A stretch of 57,769 bases of DNA, filler included, from Catajapyx aquilonaris (taxonomy: Eukaryota): the NCBI GenBank assembly GCA_000934665.2. It is 3 parts of 3 records of this genome, joined end to end, with 100 filler letters (N's around TTAATTAATTAA, not from the genome) between each part and the next. Parts side by side here need not be neighbours in the genome. Positions count along the whole stretch, not along the records: positions 19,270 to 38,556 come from JYFJ02006524.1; positions 38,657 to 57,769 come from JYFJ02006525.1; 1 more part is not named here. One strand, given 5' to 3'. Below the pieces are notes generated by a model. The model saw nothing but the letters and a program-made list of their open reading frames with translations. It was not told the origin of the DNA and ran no database searches. How positions within the stretch are numbered: the first letter of the stretch is position 1; each line of letters starts with the position of its first letter. Made by a program: the position numbers and the translations under genes. Positions 26,258-38,776 of the stretch are shown piece after piece.

Positions 26258-28028
26258 TTGTATTAGATCAGTGGTTCCCAACCTGGGGGTCGCGAAGCCG
26301 TCTCCGTGGGTGTCGAGGGTGGCCGCGATTATTTTAATAAATAAAAAATAACTACAATTAAAGAAATAATATTACACGATCAAAAACTGGTTTAATTCTT
26401 CCCTCCACTTTCTTTTGACGTTCTCGGCCTATCCCCGGGTTCAGTGTTGAATATCGCGGCTAATCCTGCAACTCTTCCCACTGGGGGATGCCAGTACTGC
26501 AGTCAGATGTGAGAGGACCGCATTACTCAATATCCACTTGCGCCGAGGAAAGTTAAAGCAAGTGTTACCGACAGCATCCAAGAGGTGGCGTTGGGGGAAG
26601 GGGGAAAAAGGAACGGCTTCCCAACTCCACCTGTTGGGTGCTTTTGGTACCACTGCTTTTTTGTCTCGTCGCAAGCGGCGCAAGGGGAAGGGAACATTGA
26701 GTTACGGTCTTCTCATATCTGACTGCAGCGGTAAGGACCTCGTTTAAAAAACCGGAATTATGTTACTTTGTTCATAAACGTCCGCGTGGAGTTTATATTG
26801 GCACCATTGATAAACAACAGATTCCGACCTTGGCCAACATTCGATTCGGTTTGTTTACGGCACGTTCCATTCCCCCCTCCTCTCCCCCTCCCCTGTTGTG
26901 AGGTCACCGTGAATAAGATGTGGGTGGAAGAAGGTGGAAGGGTAGATGAGGGGTCTTCACGGGAGAGGAGAATGATGCGTCCTCGTTGACGTCCAGCAAG
27001 CGACTGTGGCGTTCTCCCACCCATTGCGCATGCTCGGAACGGGGGCCAATCGGAGGCGTCGTGGTAACAATGCGTCATGGATATGACGCAGCAACAATGG
27101 ACGGGGGCCAATGGGAAGAGGTGGCGGCGACAATACGGGGGCGGACCAATCAGAGGGCTCGGCCCCCCAACGCAAGCATTTTAATATTATAGATTTCAGG
27201 CCACTAACATTGTGCCGAGCTTCGAGAGATGAAGGATGCTGCTTGGCCATACCTTATGCACACGATAATATGATAAGAGAAATGCTGTTATCTGTGAAGT
27301 ACATGTGCTTCGCGATGTACTATTTACATCAGGTATGTAATTTTAAAAAAGCTTGCATGTCAACCACCCAAACTCCCCTGCGAGTCACTCGTTTGGATTC
27401 TGTATACGCCGTGTGCCAAGATATTATATAGGTTTTCAACAAGTTCCGAGATAACAACAACAACAACCTTATAACCACTAATATTTCCAAGGTTTACACA
27501 TTTGAAATGATCGATCCATTATGGGAACAATTTTTGTAAAAGTACAATAATAATATATATGACACTGCTGTACAACATAGCTATATGTGTTATATTACGA
27601 GTACATAACTTATCCGAGTGCACCAAGTATTGGCTTCAGAACCTGCTGCGACGACAGTCTTGACGTAACAGTTTAAGACTGTCACAGAGAGTGGCGGTGC
27701 TAATATCAATATACTATCAATAACGCCTCGTGTGTAATGCTATACAACATTTGGTCGTTTGAGGGTCGGGCCGATAAACAAATTCGTGGAAAAGTATCCG
27801 ATTAAATGAGATGACTTATTGCGAATCCCTCATAAATCTCTCCAGTGCTATTATTTTGCATAATTCTGCAGGATTCTTCTGAGAAGTCGATTTTTGTTGA
27901 ACGTGGTGGTCTTCCTGTTTTTGCATAGCATAACCTTACTCTTGCCCTGGTAATGAAGATCTATTCTCTAGTATATGCAGGCGTCGCGCCAGTTAATATT
28001 GTGGCTTTAGTATAGTTACTTGGGAGTC

Positions 28029-28088
28029 TAATTATTATATATAATAATTAGCTTCATTCCCATCAGCTTCTATAGAAGCTGATGGGAA
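28029..28088. repeat. Second pair of adjacent perfect palindromes (22 bp and 32 bp)
   Basis: TAATTATTATA|TATAATAATTA (28029-28050) and TTCCCATCAGCTTCTA|TAGAAGCTGATGGGAA (28057-28088). Confidence 0.85.
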
Positions 28089-29122
28089 GGAAGGGGAAAT
28101 GCCATGCCTTGCTTACGGCACCTTCCGAGTTACTTTCCCGGCAGCACCGGTTAGGAAGGTCACGAAAGCAATCGCCCTAGCTCGATGATTATTATTATCT
28201 GTGGGTGATCACAGCAGGAGTGGGCCACATTCAGATGTAAAGGTTGGGCCTGCCATAATATTATAAGCTTTGAAATGCAGGAAATGTCCCACTCTAGCTG
28301 TCTCCACCTCTCCTCCTCTCCTCTCTTGTCGCTTATAAAATATAATTAGGACATCCCGCTTCGCATGTGGTATACTCGTTGGCACGATCACGTGGAATTT
28401 TGCCATTGTGGATTCATTGCATAAATATACCAAGCGCTGACGTCGTACTTCGGCCGAGCAATCAGACTATCTGCCTGCTGGAACAGGCCTGTATAAGTTT
28501 CTGCACTTTCCTGTCCACCACACTGAGACTGACTGCTCTGCGGATTATTCGGTTCAACTGAGTTGGTGATGCAACATTCGCATATGTTATTTCTAGTGGA
28601 CCACGCTGCTGCAAATACAGAAAGAAGATCGAGATATTATTTTACTTACTGCACCAGCATGCCTCAGCACTAACTTGTAATCTGATGAGCAGCAGACCGC
28701 GTCTGCCGAGTCGCACTGCACCATAGTATACATGTACTGGAGCATAACTATATACTCTCATTGGCGTGCGTTGGAAACTGCAGTCTTCAAAAATTCCGAG
28801 GGATTGTTCTGAGCCTATACTTGCTGTGATGGTAATGCATTTGGAAACATGACCCGAATAAAATGGGGAGCACATTTTTTAAATAGTGAAAAATGCTGTC
28901 TATATAATTATATCGTCGGCATTATTATTTTGTATATGATACCAACAATGCTGTCTGTTTCGTAATAAGACTTGAGGCGAAGAGAGACACCGTGCACATA
29001 ATGAGCTGCAGAAGTCTGTCCTCCTTCCTTTCTCTCTTCTATTCTCTATCATAATATACGTATATCTCCATCTGTGTACTATCTCCTGATAGTCAGATAG
29101 CCTTGGTTGCTTTGGGTCTTCC

Positions 29123-29123
<1 letters not shown>

Positions 29124-29174
<51 letters not shown>
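29124..29174. repeat. (CAAT)n microsatellite, possibly a retroposon tail
   Basis: About 12 CAAT units; no target duplication found. Confidence 0.85.
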
Positions 29175-29175
<1 letters not shown>

Positions 29176-29346
29176 GCCACTGACTGCCGTGATTTGCCTC
29201 CAGCATGAAACACCCTTGCGTCATCAAGTACCTTACATACAGTATATCTCAAACTATAGGTGTTACACCACCATAGCCTATATGTGATTCAGGTTGTAAA
29301 TGAATGGGATGAATATTATTCCATTCCATCTCCTGCAGTATGTATA

Positions 29347-29773
29347 CAGGGTGAATCCGATCCCCACCGACAGCCATGTACTGTACCAATGGCATAATGG
29401 GCACCAGGGGATCAATTAATGTAAAGGAGTCATCATGTCTATAGGCCGCCTCATTTATACGAAGATGAACGATCATTTGCGATGTAGAGCCGTGCATCTA
29501 TAGGGGGGACTGCATTCTCAGACTAACCCAATCGCAGTTCACTTGTCGCTCAATGACAGTAGCTGCTACTGTGCCCTGCGATATATGCGATTAGTGGCTG
29601 AAGGTTTACATACCTGCCAGGATACTTTGTACTATATACGTGTTTGAAGGCAATTATCCCCGTAATGCTGAGAAGGCCTAGACATGATGACTCCTCTACA
29701 TTCATTGATCCCCTGGTGCCCGTTATGGCATTGGTATACATGGCTGTCGGTCATGGGGATCGGATTCACCCTG
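29347..29773. mobile_element. Tc1/mariner-type MITE with ~100-bp TIRs
   Basis: TA-CAGGGTGAATCCGATCCCCA...GAGTCATCATGTCTA is mirrored at about 29679-29773, followed by TA. Confidence 0.85.
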
Positions 29774-31241
29774 TATATAGTTGCTGCGGCGGTGCACCTT
29801 CGCAGCATGTACGTCTATTTGCACGATATCCGCATCATGTGTCAATTATTGTGCCTGTTCCTCAGGAGTGATGGAGCATCGGGTAAATCTCTGCGTAATA
29901 ATAATTTATTACCACCGTCATTGTCCCAGGAACTGGTATAGTGCATGGTATAGTGGGGCGGTGACATGTCAAGACTCCCAATAAAAAAACGGCCACAAGA
30001 ATATAAATAGGTTCGAAACATGGTTATTGTTATGGGTGGCATATTATGATTGTATATAAAAATAAAGAGTTTATACACTTGCCGGGGAACACGGGAGTTA
30101 ATTCAAATGATTTGATCAGTCGAGTCCGAATGATGATGTTGGTTCAGGGAATGCGGGACCAGTCTGGCAAGCTGTCTAGCTCGCCTACCATGACAGGAAT
30201 ATATTAATAATAATTATTATATTACAACGCATTCACTATATATAGCTGATGTGAGCCAATGGTGTATGTGAATGCATTGGCGGTGTCTAAGAGAATATTG
30301 AAACCTTTTAAAGGCGGTGTGCCGACCATGTCAGTACAAGAAATGAAACACGGAACGATGTCTGGATGCAGTAGGCTATTCATTTTTTCAAGTAGCCTTT
30401 TATGTTGGTATATAGTATATTCTCTTGGTATTATCTCACTGACACTGTCAGAATACGATCTAATTTACATCAGGAAGGAAGGAATGCATCAGGTCGCAGC
30501 CTGCGGATAGTATGTCGTTGTGTCGGCCGGCTGAGCTATCAATTTACATCCTGAACCATGATTATTGCCATTTATTGGGCTATTATTACTGCACGATGTA
30601 TATCACTCGATTCCGCAGCTGAGTAGTGATGAAGGCGTCCGATGATGACAGTTGTTTACCTTGTGGCCGACTTCATTGATGGCAGCGATACTAATAATAA
30701 TAATCGCATTTATTCCATTGTATAGCCCTACGTACCGTATACACACTACTTGGTAGGAAACGGGAAGGCGCTTCGAATCTACATCTGGAGCGCGGGAAGA
30801 ATGTAATGTGGCGATGACTGACCACAAAGACCGCCACTCTGCTTCGGCTTGCGCAAATGTGGGAATGTCTTGCCACAGCAGGCATGCTATTATCATCTCC
30901 ATAGATAGACTCTGATGGGAACACTTATAGCACGATAATGCCATTTTTGGCAACAACCTAATAAACCGCAGGCGCACATTACATGTCTGGTGTCACCCCT
31001 CCCGATCGAATTATTCGAGTCCGTCTTCCTTCGCCCTGCTGGTCTATAATGCTGTGAGACTAACGTCTTGTGACCGCCTCCTGTTGTTGGTATATGGCGC
31101 TAGCTACACACTGTGACTTGCTATAGTCATCTTCTTCCAAAACAGTGCTTGCGATATCCAGGCAAGTTGTACAGTGACTAGAGAGCACAGTGAGGTCATG
31201 AACACAAAATAATGTGCTGGAATGCCGGTTCTCTCTATATA

Positions 31242-31449
31242 CAGGGTGATCCAACATCAAGTGTCGTTTTATAACGGCGATTAATAGCAGTGATTTTGCG
31301 ATGACGTAGCAGCGACGCGTAAAATGTCCCACTTCGGCGTATCTTCGGCGCCATCGAAGTGGGCAATTTTACACGTCGCTGCTACGTCAATCGTAAAGCG
31401 CTTCTATTAATAGCCGTTATAAAACGACACTTGATGTTGGACCACCCTG
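31242..31449. mobile_element. Foldback MITE, Tc1/mariner-type ends
   Basis: CAGGGTGATCCAACATCAAGTGTCGTTTTATAACGGC ... GCCGTTATAAAACGACACTTGATGTTGGACCACCCTG; nearly the whole element is one hairpin. Confidence 0.88.
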
Positions 31450-33321
31450 TGTAGCCTACTTCCTGCTTATCGCCAGTTGCATGACCGCACTGTTTTTATT
31501 TAATGAACCGCATCATTGGTATAAATCCATGTATTGTTGGAGTATATATGGCAGAGGAATAGTTAATGTTAATCCGTAAAAGGAAACATACATTTTCGCA
31601 AGATAATTATTTCAGCTGTGTTAGCGGGAAAGAGTGTAATTTCAATTTCATCCGTTATTGCACAGGAAGTATGAAGCTTGTGCAATCAAAAGGTTTTTAA
31701 ATGTGTCACGCACTCCCCGGCATTGTATACTCATTCCTGCTGGTAAAAACATGCAGGATATAGTCGACCAGCAACGTTTCTTTGTTGGGACCGCCACTTC
31801 ATGATTTTCTTGCGACGTTGATACCCTTTCCAGCATGTACGTAACATGCAGAAATCCACGTATATAGGCCTATATTTTTCACTATACACTATTATTATAG
31901 TGTAAGTTTTATATGCAAAATGCTTACGACCAATTTGGACTGCAACGTATAGGACGCACGCGATCTGTTTTTTTTTTTTTTTTTTNTGCTGGATTTTGGA
32001 GGTGCATTGTGTATTACCTTACAATCTGACATCCGCAGTGTGTTGTTTGGACTTCCATGCACATGCAATATGCTCCATGTCACTGGTATGCCCACATTGT
32101 ATAGCCATAATTATTGCAAAGGTTACTACTAAATCAATGAGTCACTCCTATGGAAAAGTCTTTCATAACGACCCGAGCAACGCCGGGTATCCTGCTAGTT
32201 CAGTGTATATAATATTATACTGTATAGAGGTGGATTGATATGGGTCGAGTTATGTGTTAGGTGTTTAGTGCCCATCTGGACCAAGTGTGATTTTGCCGAG
32301 TGTCACTCTATCTAATTTGGTCGCCTGAAGGGAAAGAAGAAGAATAACATATTTCATTATAAGACCTGTAGCTCTAAACCAGCAGCTTCATTCTCCAATA
32401 ATAATTGTCTTGGTAATAACCTACAGCCGATAGGCCGATTGTTAAGACTATAACAAAGTGCAGGCATTGAGTTAAATGAAGCCACGATTGTGACATCGCG
32501 TATAGTACCAGGATTGCGCAGCACCAAACCGGGTAAAGGATGCCCCAGTTTGAGTACTGGAAGAATGTTGGCTTGCAGCTGTGCTTGCGATGTATGGTGG
32601 AACACAGGATGTGACGTATATGGCAAAAATAATGCACATTGTTTGCGAAAATTAATATTCGAACAAAAAATTCGAATCAGTTAAGTATGAACCCAGAAAA
32701 ATAACAAAAAAATATCACAGTATAAGAGTATCTTTAAAAGAAAATCATTTTCTACCGTTCTTTTTTTTTTTTTTTGGTCTCCGCAAGTGACAATGACTGG
32801 CGTCAGTGCTTCATGCAGGTTATCAGTGGGATTCGCTGCATGTTATTAGTGGTGCTTCTGCCTGACTTGATAATAATTATCACTAATAACGTCTCTGGAT
32901 AATGCTCCTACGCACTTCAAATACGCATATTGCCAAATGTTCCCCTGACCGTGCCTCCAGCAGCTGCGACGAAAGTATACAGCTCTGCAATTGGTATACA
33001 TATAGAGGAATAGAGCCATTCCCCATAATTATCACTGTTCTTCTAGAAACAGCAGTGTCAACACAAATACGACTATTATTTTGCGCCCTCTCTTTATTGT
33101 TCATAAGACGCGGCTAAAGTGTGTGTAGACAGCAGAGTACAGTATACACTGCCCTCGCTTGCCCAAACACCTTCTGCAGTCCCAAGGTGGCGAAGTTTCT
33201 TTCATTTGAAATTCTCTTTGTCTCTCAGACTGCTTATAGGCCTACTATATTATCACATACCTTGGTAAACTTAGGGGAGTTACCAGAAATCTTTCATCCC
33301 TGATGCACAAGTGACGTGGGT

Positions 33322-33980
33322 TGTAGGTACAGAAACACAGGTAGTCAAGACGACCCTTTTATTTGTCAATGAGTAAACAGTGTCGGCTATCTCACCACGA
33401 TTGACTAATAGGGTGCTGGTGTCCCCATCAGGCTCATCCTGCGCGGGTGGCTTCGGCTCTCTGGATCGTGGCTTCTAGTCCGTGGCTTCTGGGTGGCTTC
33501 CTTCAGACCCTCTGGCTTCTTCGGTCTTCGTCCTCTATATATAGGCTTCTCTAGGCTTCTCTAGACTTCTCTCCTTCTGACCGTCCCACTCCCGGTATTT
33601 ATACAGTTCAGGTGGAAATACCCTCTTTGCATCATTGTGGTAGGAAACATTGAGAAACGTTATATGACATAGGTCATAGGGGAAATGCCCCTCTGATACC
33701 GATTGAGTTATTGCAACAGGGATGTGGTAACTTGGCGCAACTCTGGTGACACCTAGGATGTTGTGGTCAGGCTAACCTATAGCCAAGGTGAACCACCTTT
33801 CCGCCATTCTCGTGATGGTGGTCTGACCTTATACGTCAGAACTCACTTCTTAGAGATAGCATTTTAGGCGTATATTGGCTCGTATGGTGTAATCCAGGTC
33901 ACCCAATGTCAAAGTTCGCATTTTCGTGACAATATAATGCATCTTACATATTTATCAAATCAATGTAGTGTGTACCTACT
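33322..33980 (-). mobile_element. LTR-like sequence (possible solo LTR)
   Basis: Short terminal inverted repeat GTAGGTACA/TGTACCTAC. On the minus strand: TATAAATA, tandem AGAAGCC units, then AATAAA about 35-40 nt before a ...TACA end. No target duplication seen. Confidence 0.5.
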
Positions 33981-34469
33981 CAACAACGCGGTTCAGGATA
34001 ATCTACATGTAAGTTAAGTTATGTAATTATTCTTGATAATTTTGGTGAAAAAAACACGTTTCCCTAGCTCAATGGGAACAAGGCAAAATATGGCCAAACA
34101 TTAGTGCTGCTGTGTCCAAGAGCGAATTATTAACTGTATGATTATTCGGATTTTAATAAAGCCGATTAGTGGGAGCTATAGGCCAAATAATTACTTACGG
34201 CCATTGCATAAGTAAACATGCGAACGGTCTACAAAACGGCGGGTAATAGCCTTTGAAATATTTTTAAACTTTCTTCACAAATGTGGAATATTTTAGTGAA
34301 ATAGATGGTAAATTACACGAAGTTAATTCGAGAGATGTTTCAAAAAAAATATGATTGGTGGTTACGGTTACAAAAAAAAAATCAAATTCCGGCGGTCTTT
34401 CGGCTGTGCCTACGCGTGTCCAGCGGCCATTAAAATTCATCTAAGTCGATCAAAAATGGATTTCACCGG

Positions 34470-34988
34470 CAGGGGGGTACCTAGGTTACCTGGCGCCCTT
34501 GGCAAGAAGCTCTACAGGCGCCCCCCCCCTCCCAGCACGTCTCTATAAAAATTTCTTTACCGCAAATAAGAGCTGACAGAGGCGGATCCCGGATTTTTTT
34601 CTGGGAGGGGCACAAGGGAACTTCTCGGGGGGGGGGTGGGGCGCAGGGCCCGCCGCAGGCGAAAATTTTTCCGGCCCAAGGTCACAACTCTTCCCCGCGA
34701 CCCCACATTTGGGGTCGCAACCACAAAACGGAGAAGAACCCATAGAACAGTGCAATTTTGCACTGTTCTAGATGGTTTTTGCGAGTTTTCCCCCCGCTTT
34801 TTAAATTTTTTCNTCCCCCGTGCCCCCCCCCCCCTAAATCCGCCACTGGCTGATAATATGGGGAGTGTCTGGGGGCTGGTACCGAATCTTCGGAAGGGGC
34901 GCCTCTTCGGAAGGGGTGCCTTGGGCGCCCCCCATCGGGTTGCGCCCTTGGCGGGGGCCAATTTCGCCACCCCCTAGGTACGCCTCTG
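34470..34988. mobile_element. hAT-type MITE with a second MITE nested at 34577-34848
   Basis: CAGGGGGGTACCTAGG ... CCTAGGTACGCCTCTG with exact 8-bp TSD TTCACCGG (34462-34469 and 34989-34996). Inner element CAGAGGCGGAT ... ATCCGCCACTG. Confidence 0.85.
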
Positions 34989-35896
34989 TTCACCGGTATG
35001 TGTTGGATTTATAGGATTCTAGAATAGTTAGTGAGTGTCCTTGTACAAATTTTACACTCATATTCCTACCCAGAGCTGAGTTATTCCACTTTCTAAAGTG
35101 TATCTTTTAAAGATACAAATGCGGGCCGCGGGAGGTAACGCACGACAATGCCCATTTATTATTTCCCTGAAATGCAAATGAACGGCAGTATAGTTCCGAC
35201 GTTCCGCTAAAGATAATTACAGAGTAAGTCATGAAAAGTATATTATCATATTACAGTAGAAGCGTGATGGACTGATGTGATGGACCAATGTGCCCCGGTC
35301 CCTGTCTCCCCTATACTGTATATGGCGGAATTAGTATTTTTCAAATAGCATCAGCACGTGTATATAGGCCTACATGGATGGCGGCCCATTCACCTCGTGG
35401 ACTATTCCGGTCCTTTGACCAGTCTGTCGCAGTTGTATGTATACTATCAGTCCAACCAGAATTGTCGCAGCAGCAGCGCACGAACTACAATCTACGAGCA
35501 CATCAGGGACACGAGAGACTGTATAGTTCGTGCCGCTGCTACAATTCTTGAAACCTGTCAAGTTGGACACCTTCATAAGTTGGCCACATAATATACCTAT
35601 ATACATGTTACAGTATACAGTAATTATGCTGGGCATTACTTTTGGAAGTCCGTCAAAAAAACTATCTTGCAATGTTGCTAAGTTGGGGAGAGCTAAAGTT
35701 GGGGGACCTCTCTATCTTGGAAGTTGGACATTCTCTCTCTCTCTCTCTCTCTCTCCCTCCCCCTATTAAGTGGACACGTGCAGTACAATTTCCACATTTA
35801 CCCTACATCTATCCTCCCCCCCCCCCCAAAAAAAACAACAACAACAACAACAGCAGCAAAAAAAAACTTGAGCCATGCTGAGCTCTGTATATTACA

Positions 35897-36152
35897 CAAT
35901 TTGAGGGGTGTGGTGGAAAAGAGTGATGACCCTCATTTTTGTCATTTTTAACCTAATCACCTAGCAAGTGACAAAGAGTTTGGTATATACTCCAAGTTCA
36001 CGTAACATGCACGACACGGGCACACGGCCTAGATCAAAACCCGCATTCCCTACTGTATATGTCTTAAGAGAATGCATATTTCAATTCGCTCTCCTGAAAA
36101 ATGACACGACTTTTTGTGGGTTATCACCTTTTTCCACCACACCTCTCATTTG
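35897..36152. mobile_element. MITE, same family as 7506-7761
   Basis: TGAGGGGTGTGGTGGAAAAGAGTGATGACCC ... GGGTTATCACCTTTTTCCACCACACCTCTCA; interior homologous to the segment-1 copy. Confidence 0.8.
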
Positions 36153-37214
36153 TTAAGCACGCATTCATGTCTTCAGGTGACATTTTCAACTGTATTATGA
36201 CAACATCCTGACAACTGCGAGGACGAATCATGTATGCAGCGGTGGCAATGCATATGAAATTGTGCTGAATCAGGTGATTCAGGATACACGAAGTAAATCA
36301 TCACTATAGCAGATGAATATATACGAGTCAAAACAAATTGTGACTGATTTTTTATATGGTATAGAGATAGAGAGAGAATATTAGTTCATGACTTTTCGTG
36401 AGTGGCATCGTGTCCAGAATGCCTTGAAGTATTAGATTACCCTTACCAATAAAATAATTCTTGTTTGATATTCCAAAATCATAAGCGACATACAGTGACA
36501 CCGAAAGTAGCCCTGTAGGTTTGCATTCGCCTCCGCTCTGCCAAGATGAGGTTTACTGGCACCCAGCACCATTCAGTGTCGAGGTTTTCGTTCCGTTTGA
36601 AGACAACAGCGACGGAGGCATACGGCATGCTAAGAGAGGTGTATGTGGTGAAGAAATGTTCCACAGCATTCCGAATTTTAAGGGCGATAGCCCTTAAGTA
36701 AGACCGTAGCATAGATTTCAACAATGTTTCAACAATGAATTTTTCCTACTTGTTGTTCTTCTTCTTGTTACGTTTTTTTTATTCGCCCTAACTCAAGTTC
36801 TGCTGTAGGTAGAGCTTCCAAATTTTGAACACAGATCCCCACCGTCGTGACTTGATTTCCTACCATTATTTTACACTTTTACTTAATTCCTCTTCAAAAC
36901 GCCGCAAAAAATTTAAACCACCAAAAAATACGTCTCAATTTTTTTGCTCAATAACTATTCGGAATAGGGTTTCATCGTCAAAGGGCCGAAGGTGCAGTGG
37001 GATGGTGCGGATCTATGTTCAAAATCTAACAGTTTCCACTGCTGCAGGATTGGAGCTGTGATTTTTTTACCTCTTATTTTTTCTGTCATTAATTCATTTG
37101 TTCATAATGCCATCACCTTGAAACGACAATTCTTGTTTACCACCTCGCCATATTGTTATTAGCCTAATGTTACCCTGCCGCTGGTGTGAACGCATTGCAC
37201 GTATTACAGATTTA

Positions 37215-37644
37215 CAGTTGAATCCGGATATAACAGCCTCGGCTATAACATACTTGGTTATAAAGGCTGTCCCGGCATGCTTCCATTAGGCACTGTGTAT
37301 TTTCACTCCTGATATAACAGACTCATTCTCACCTCACCTCGGGTATAACAGACCATTTCTTGGACCCTCGGTGGGAAAATATTGTTTTCCAGGTAAAAAA
37401 TTGGCAAAAAGGAGACGGCAGAAGGAAATTTCGGATATTTTGGTCCTGCATAATTTTCGGGTGAGCCAATATTGCATTTGTGACAGATTTCATTAATCGG
37501 GATGTAGTCTAGTAGTGCATAGTACAGCCACATTGAAAGCAGAAATTTATGTTTTCGTTGCGTGACGATTCGGATATAACAGACCTCGGTTATAACAGAC
37601 ATTTTCCGCAGTCTCTTGAAGTTTGTTTTATCCGGATTCAACTG
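37215..37644. mobile_element. pogo/Tigger-like MITE
   Basis: TA-CAGTTGAATCCGGATA ... TATCCGGATTCAACTG-TA, with repeated internal TATAACAGA motifs. Confidence 0.8.
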
Positions 37645-38556
37645 TACTATTAACCCCGTTCGCTCCCTGCTATATCGCCATCGCCAGGTAATATCGGTCA
37701 ACTCTTAAGCTAATTTAATTATGAAATTATGTTACAGTATGCGGAATATCTACCTTGAGAAATGTGCCAGACTAATATTTGCTGCAATCGTTGCATTTCG
37801 CGAAAATTAAATAAGTTTGGGAGCCGTTTGGGAGTTTTCAGATGTGACAGAGGCAAGCCACACATAGTATTGATTTAATTCTTGGAAAGTTCCACGATTT
37901 CAGTAAATTCGGCTGGTACGGTTCTCAATGTAGATAATAATAATTGAATGGTTGCCTCGAATAATGCCTGGCTGGTAGCACTCGACTTTCGTTTTTTTAC
38001 GACTTTCTCTGTGAAAATAATTTTAGGGACTTCTAAGCGACAAAAATCGTCTCCAATGCATTCATAGTGTAGACTGTATAGTGTAGACACTGTAGAGCAT
38101 AAGTTACGTGTACTGTCAAAAAAGAACTGAAATTAGATCAAAAACTTTCCCTTCACTAAAAAAAAGAGAAGTAAGACCTCCGCGGCGGAATAAAAGTACT
38201 GAAACAAGGCAGGCGCACGTAAGACCTTCACCAATTGATTTAAGCTGTACCATAGGTCTTACTCAAGCAATTCTCAAGTACGGTATGGAACGGCTCGTAA
38301 AATGACTGCTGCAAACTACTCCGAGCAGTAGGTAGGATTTTATTATGAAAAGAAAAAAAAAATGGGAAAAACTAAACCTATTCTAACAGATCGAACCAAT
38401 CGAATCAGACCCTCTAAAATTCACCAATTAACGTTTACGTATATGTGAAAAATTAAACATTAGAGTTAAAATCAGCATCTAAAAGAGGTGACGATTCTGC
38501 ATGAATGTTTCATGGCAATAATTCGCACTAATCGCATAGAAATTCAATGTGCTTAA

Positions 38557-38656
38557 NNNNNNNNNNNNNNNNNNNNNNNNNNNNNNNNNNNNNNNNNNNN
38601 TTAATTAATTAANNNNNNNNNNNNNNNNNNNNNNNNNNNNNNNNNNNNNNNNNNNN
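38557..38656. other. Synthetic contig linker (44 N + TTAATTAATTAA + 44 N)
   Basis: Identical in structure to 19170-19269. Confidence 0.95.
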
Positions 38657-38776
38657 AATCAATAAACAATTAATTAATATTAATACTTTGATAACCATAA
38701 ACATAATTTCAATTGGAACACCATATATACAGAGTTTCAACTATAAAACGTGACTCGTTCAATGTCGTTGTTCCAG

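Noticed and set aside
27030..27170. Three CCAAT boxes in a GC-rich patch as a promoter
   Set aside because: No linked gene is identifiable, and such motifs are common inside repeats.
33445..33575. GGCTTCT repeats as a CRISPR-like array
   Set aside because: 7-bp units with irregular short spacing inside an LTR-like element; eukaryotic context and no cas genes.
34351..34993. Cluster of GC-rich overlapping ORFs
   Set aside because: They lie over nested MITEs; low stop density follows from GC content.
36479..37130. Possible atlastin/GBP-like decayed coding sequence on the minus strand
   Set aside because: Only a vague resemblance (ELMTEKIRGKKITA), with many stops and no GTPase motifs; needs a profile search.
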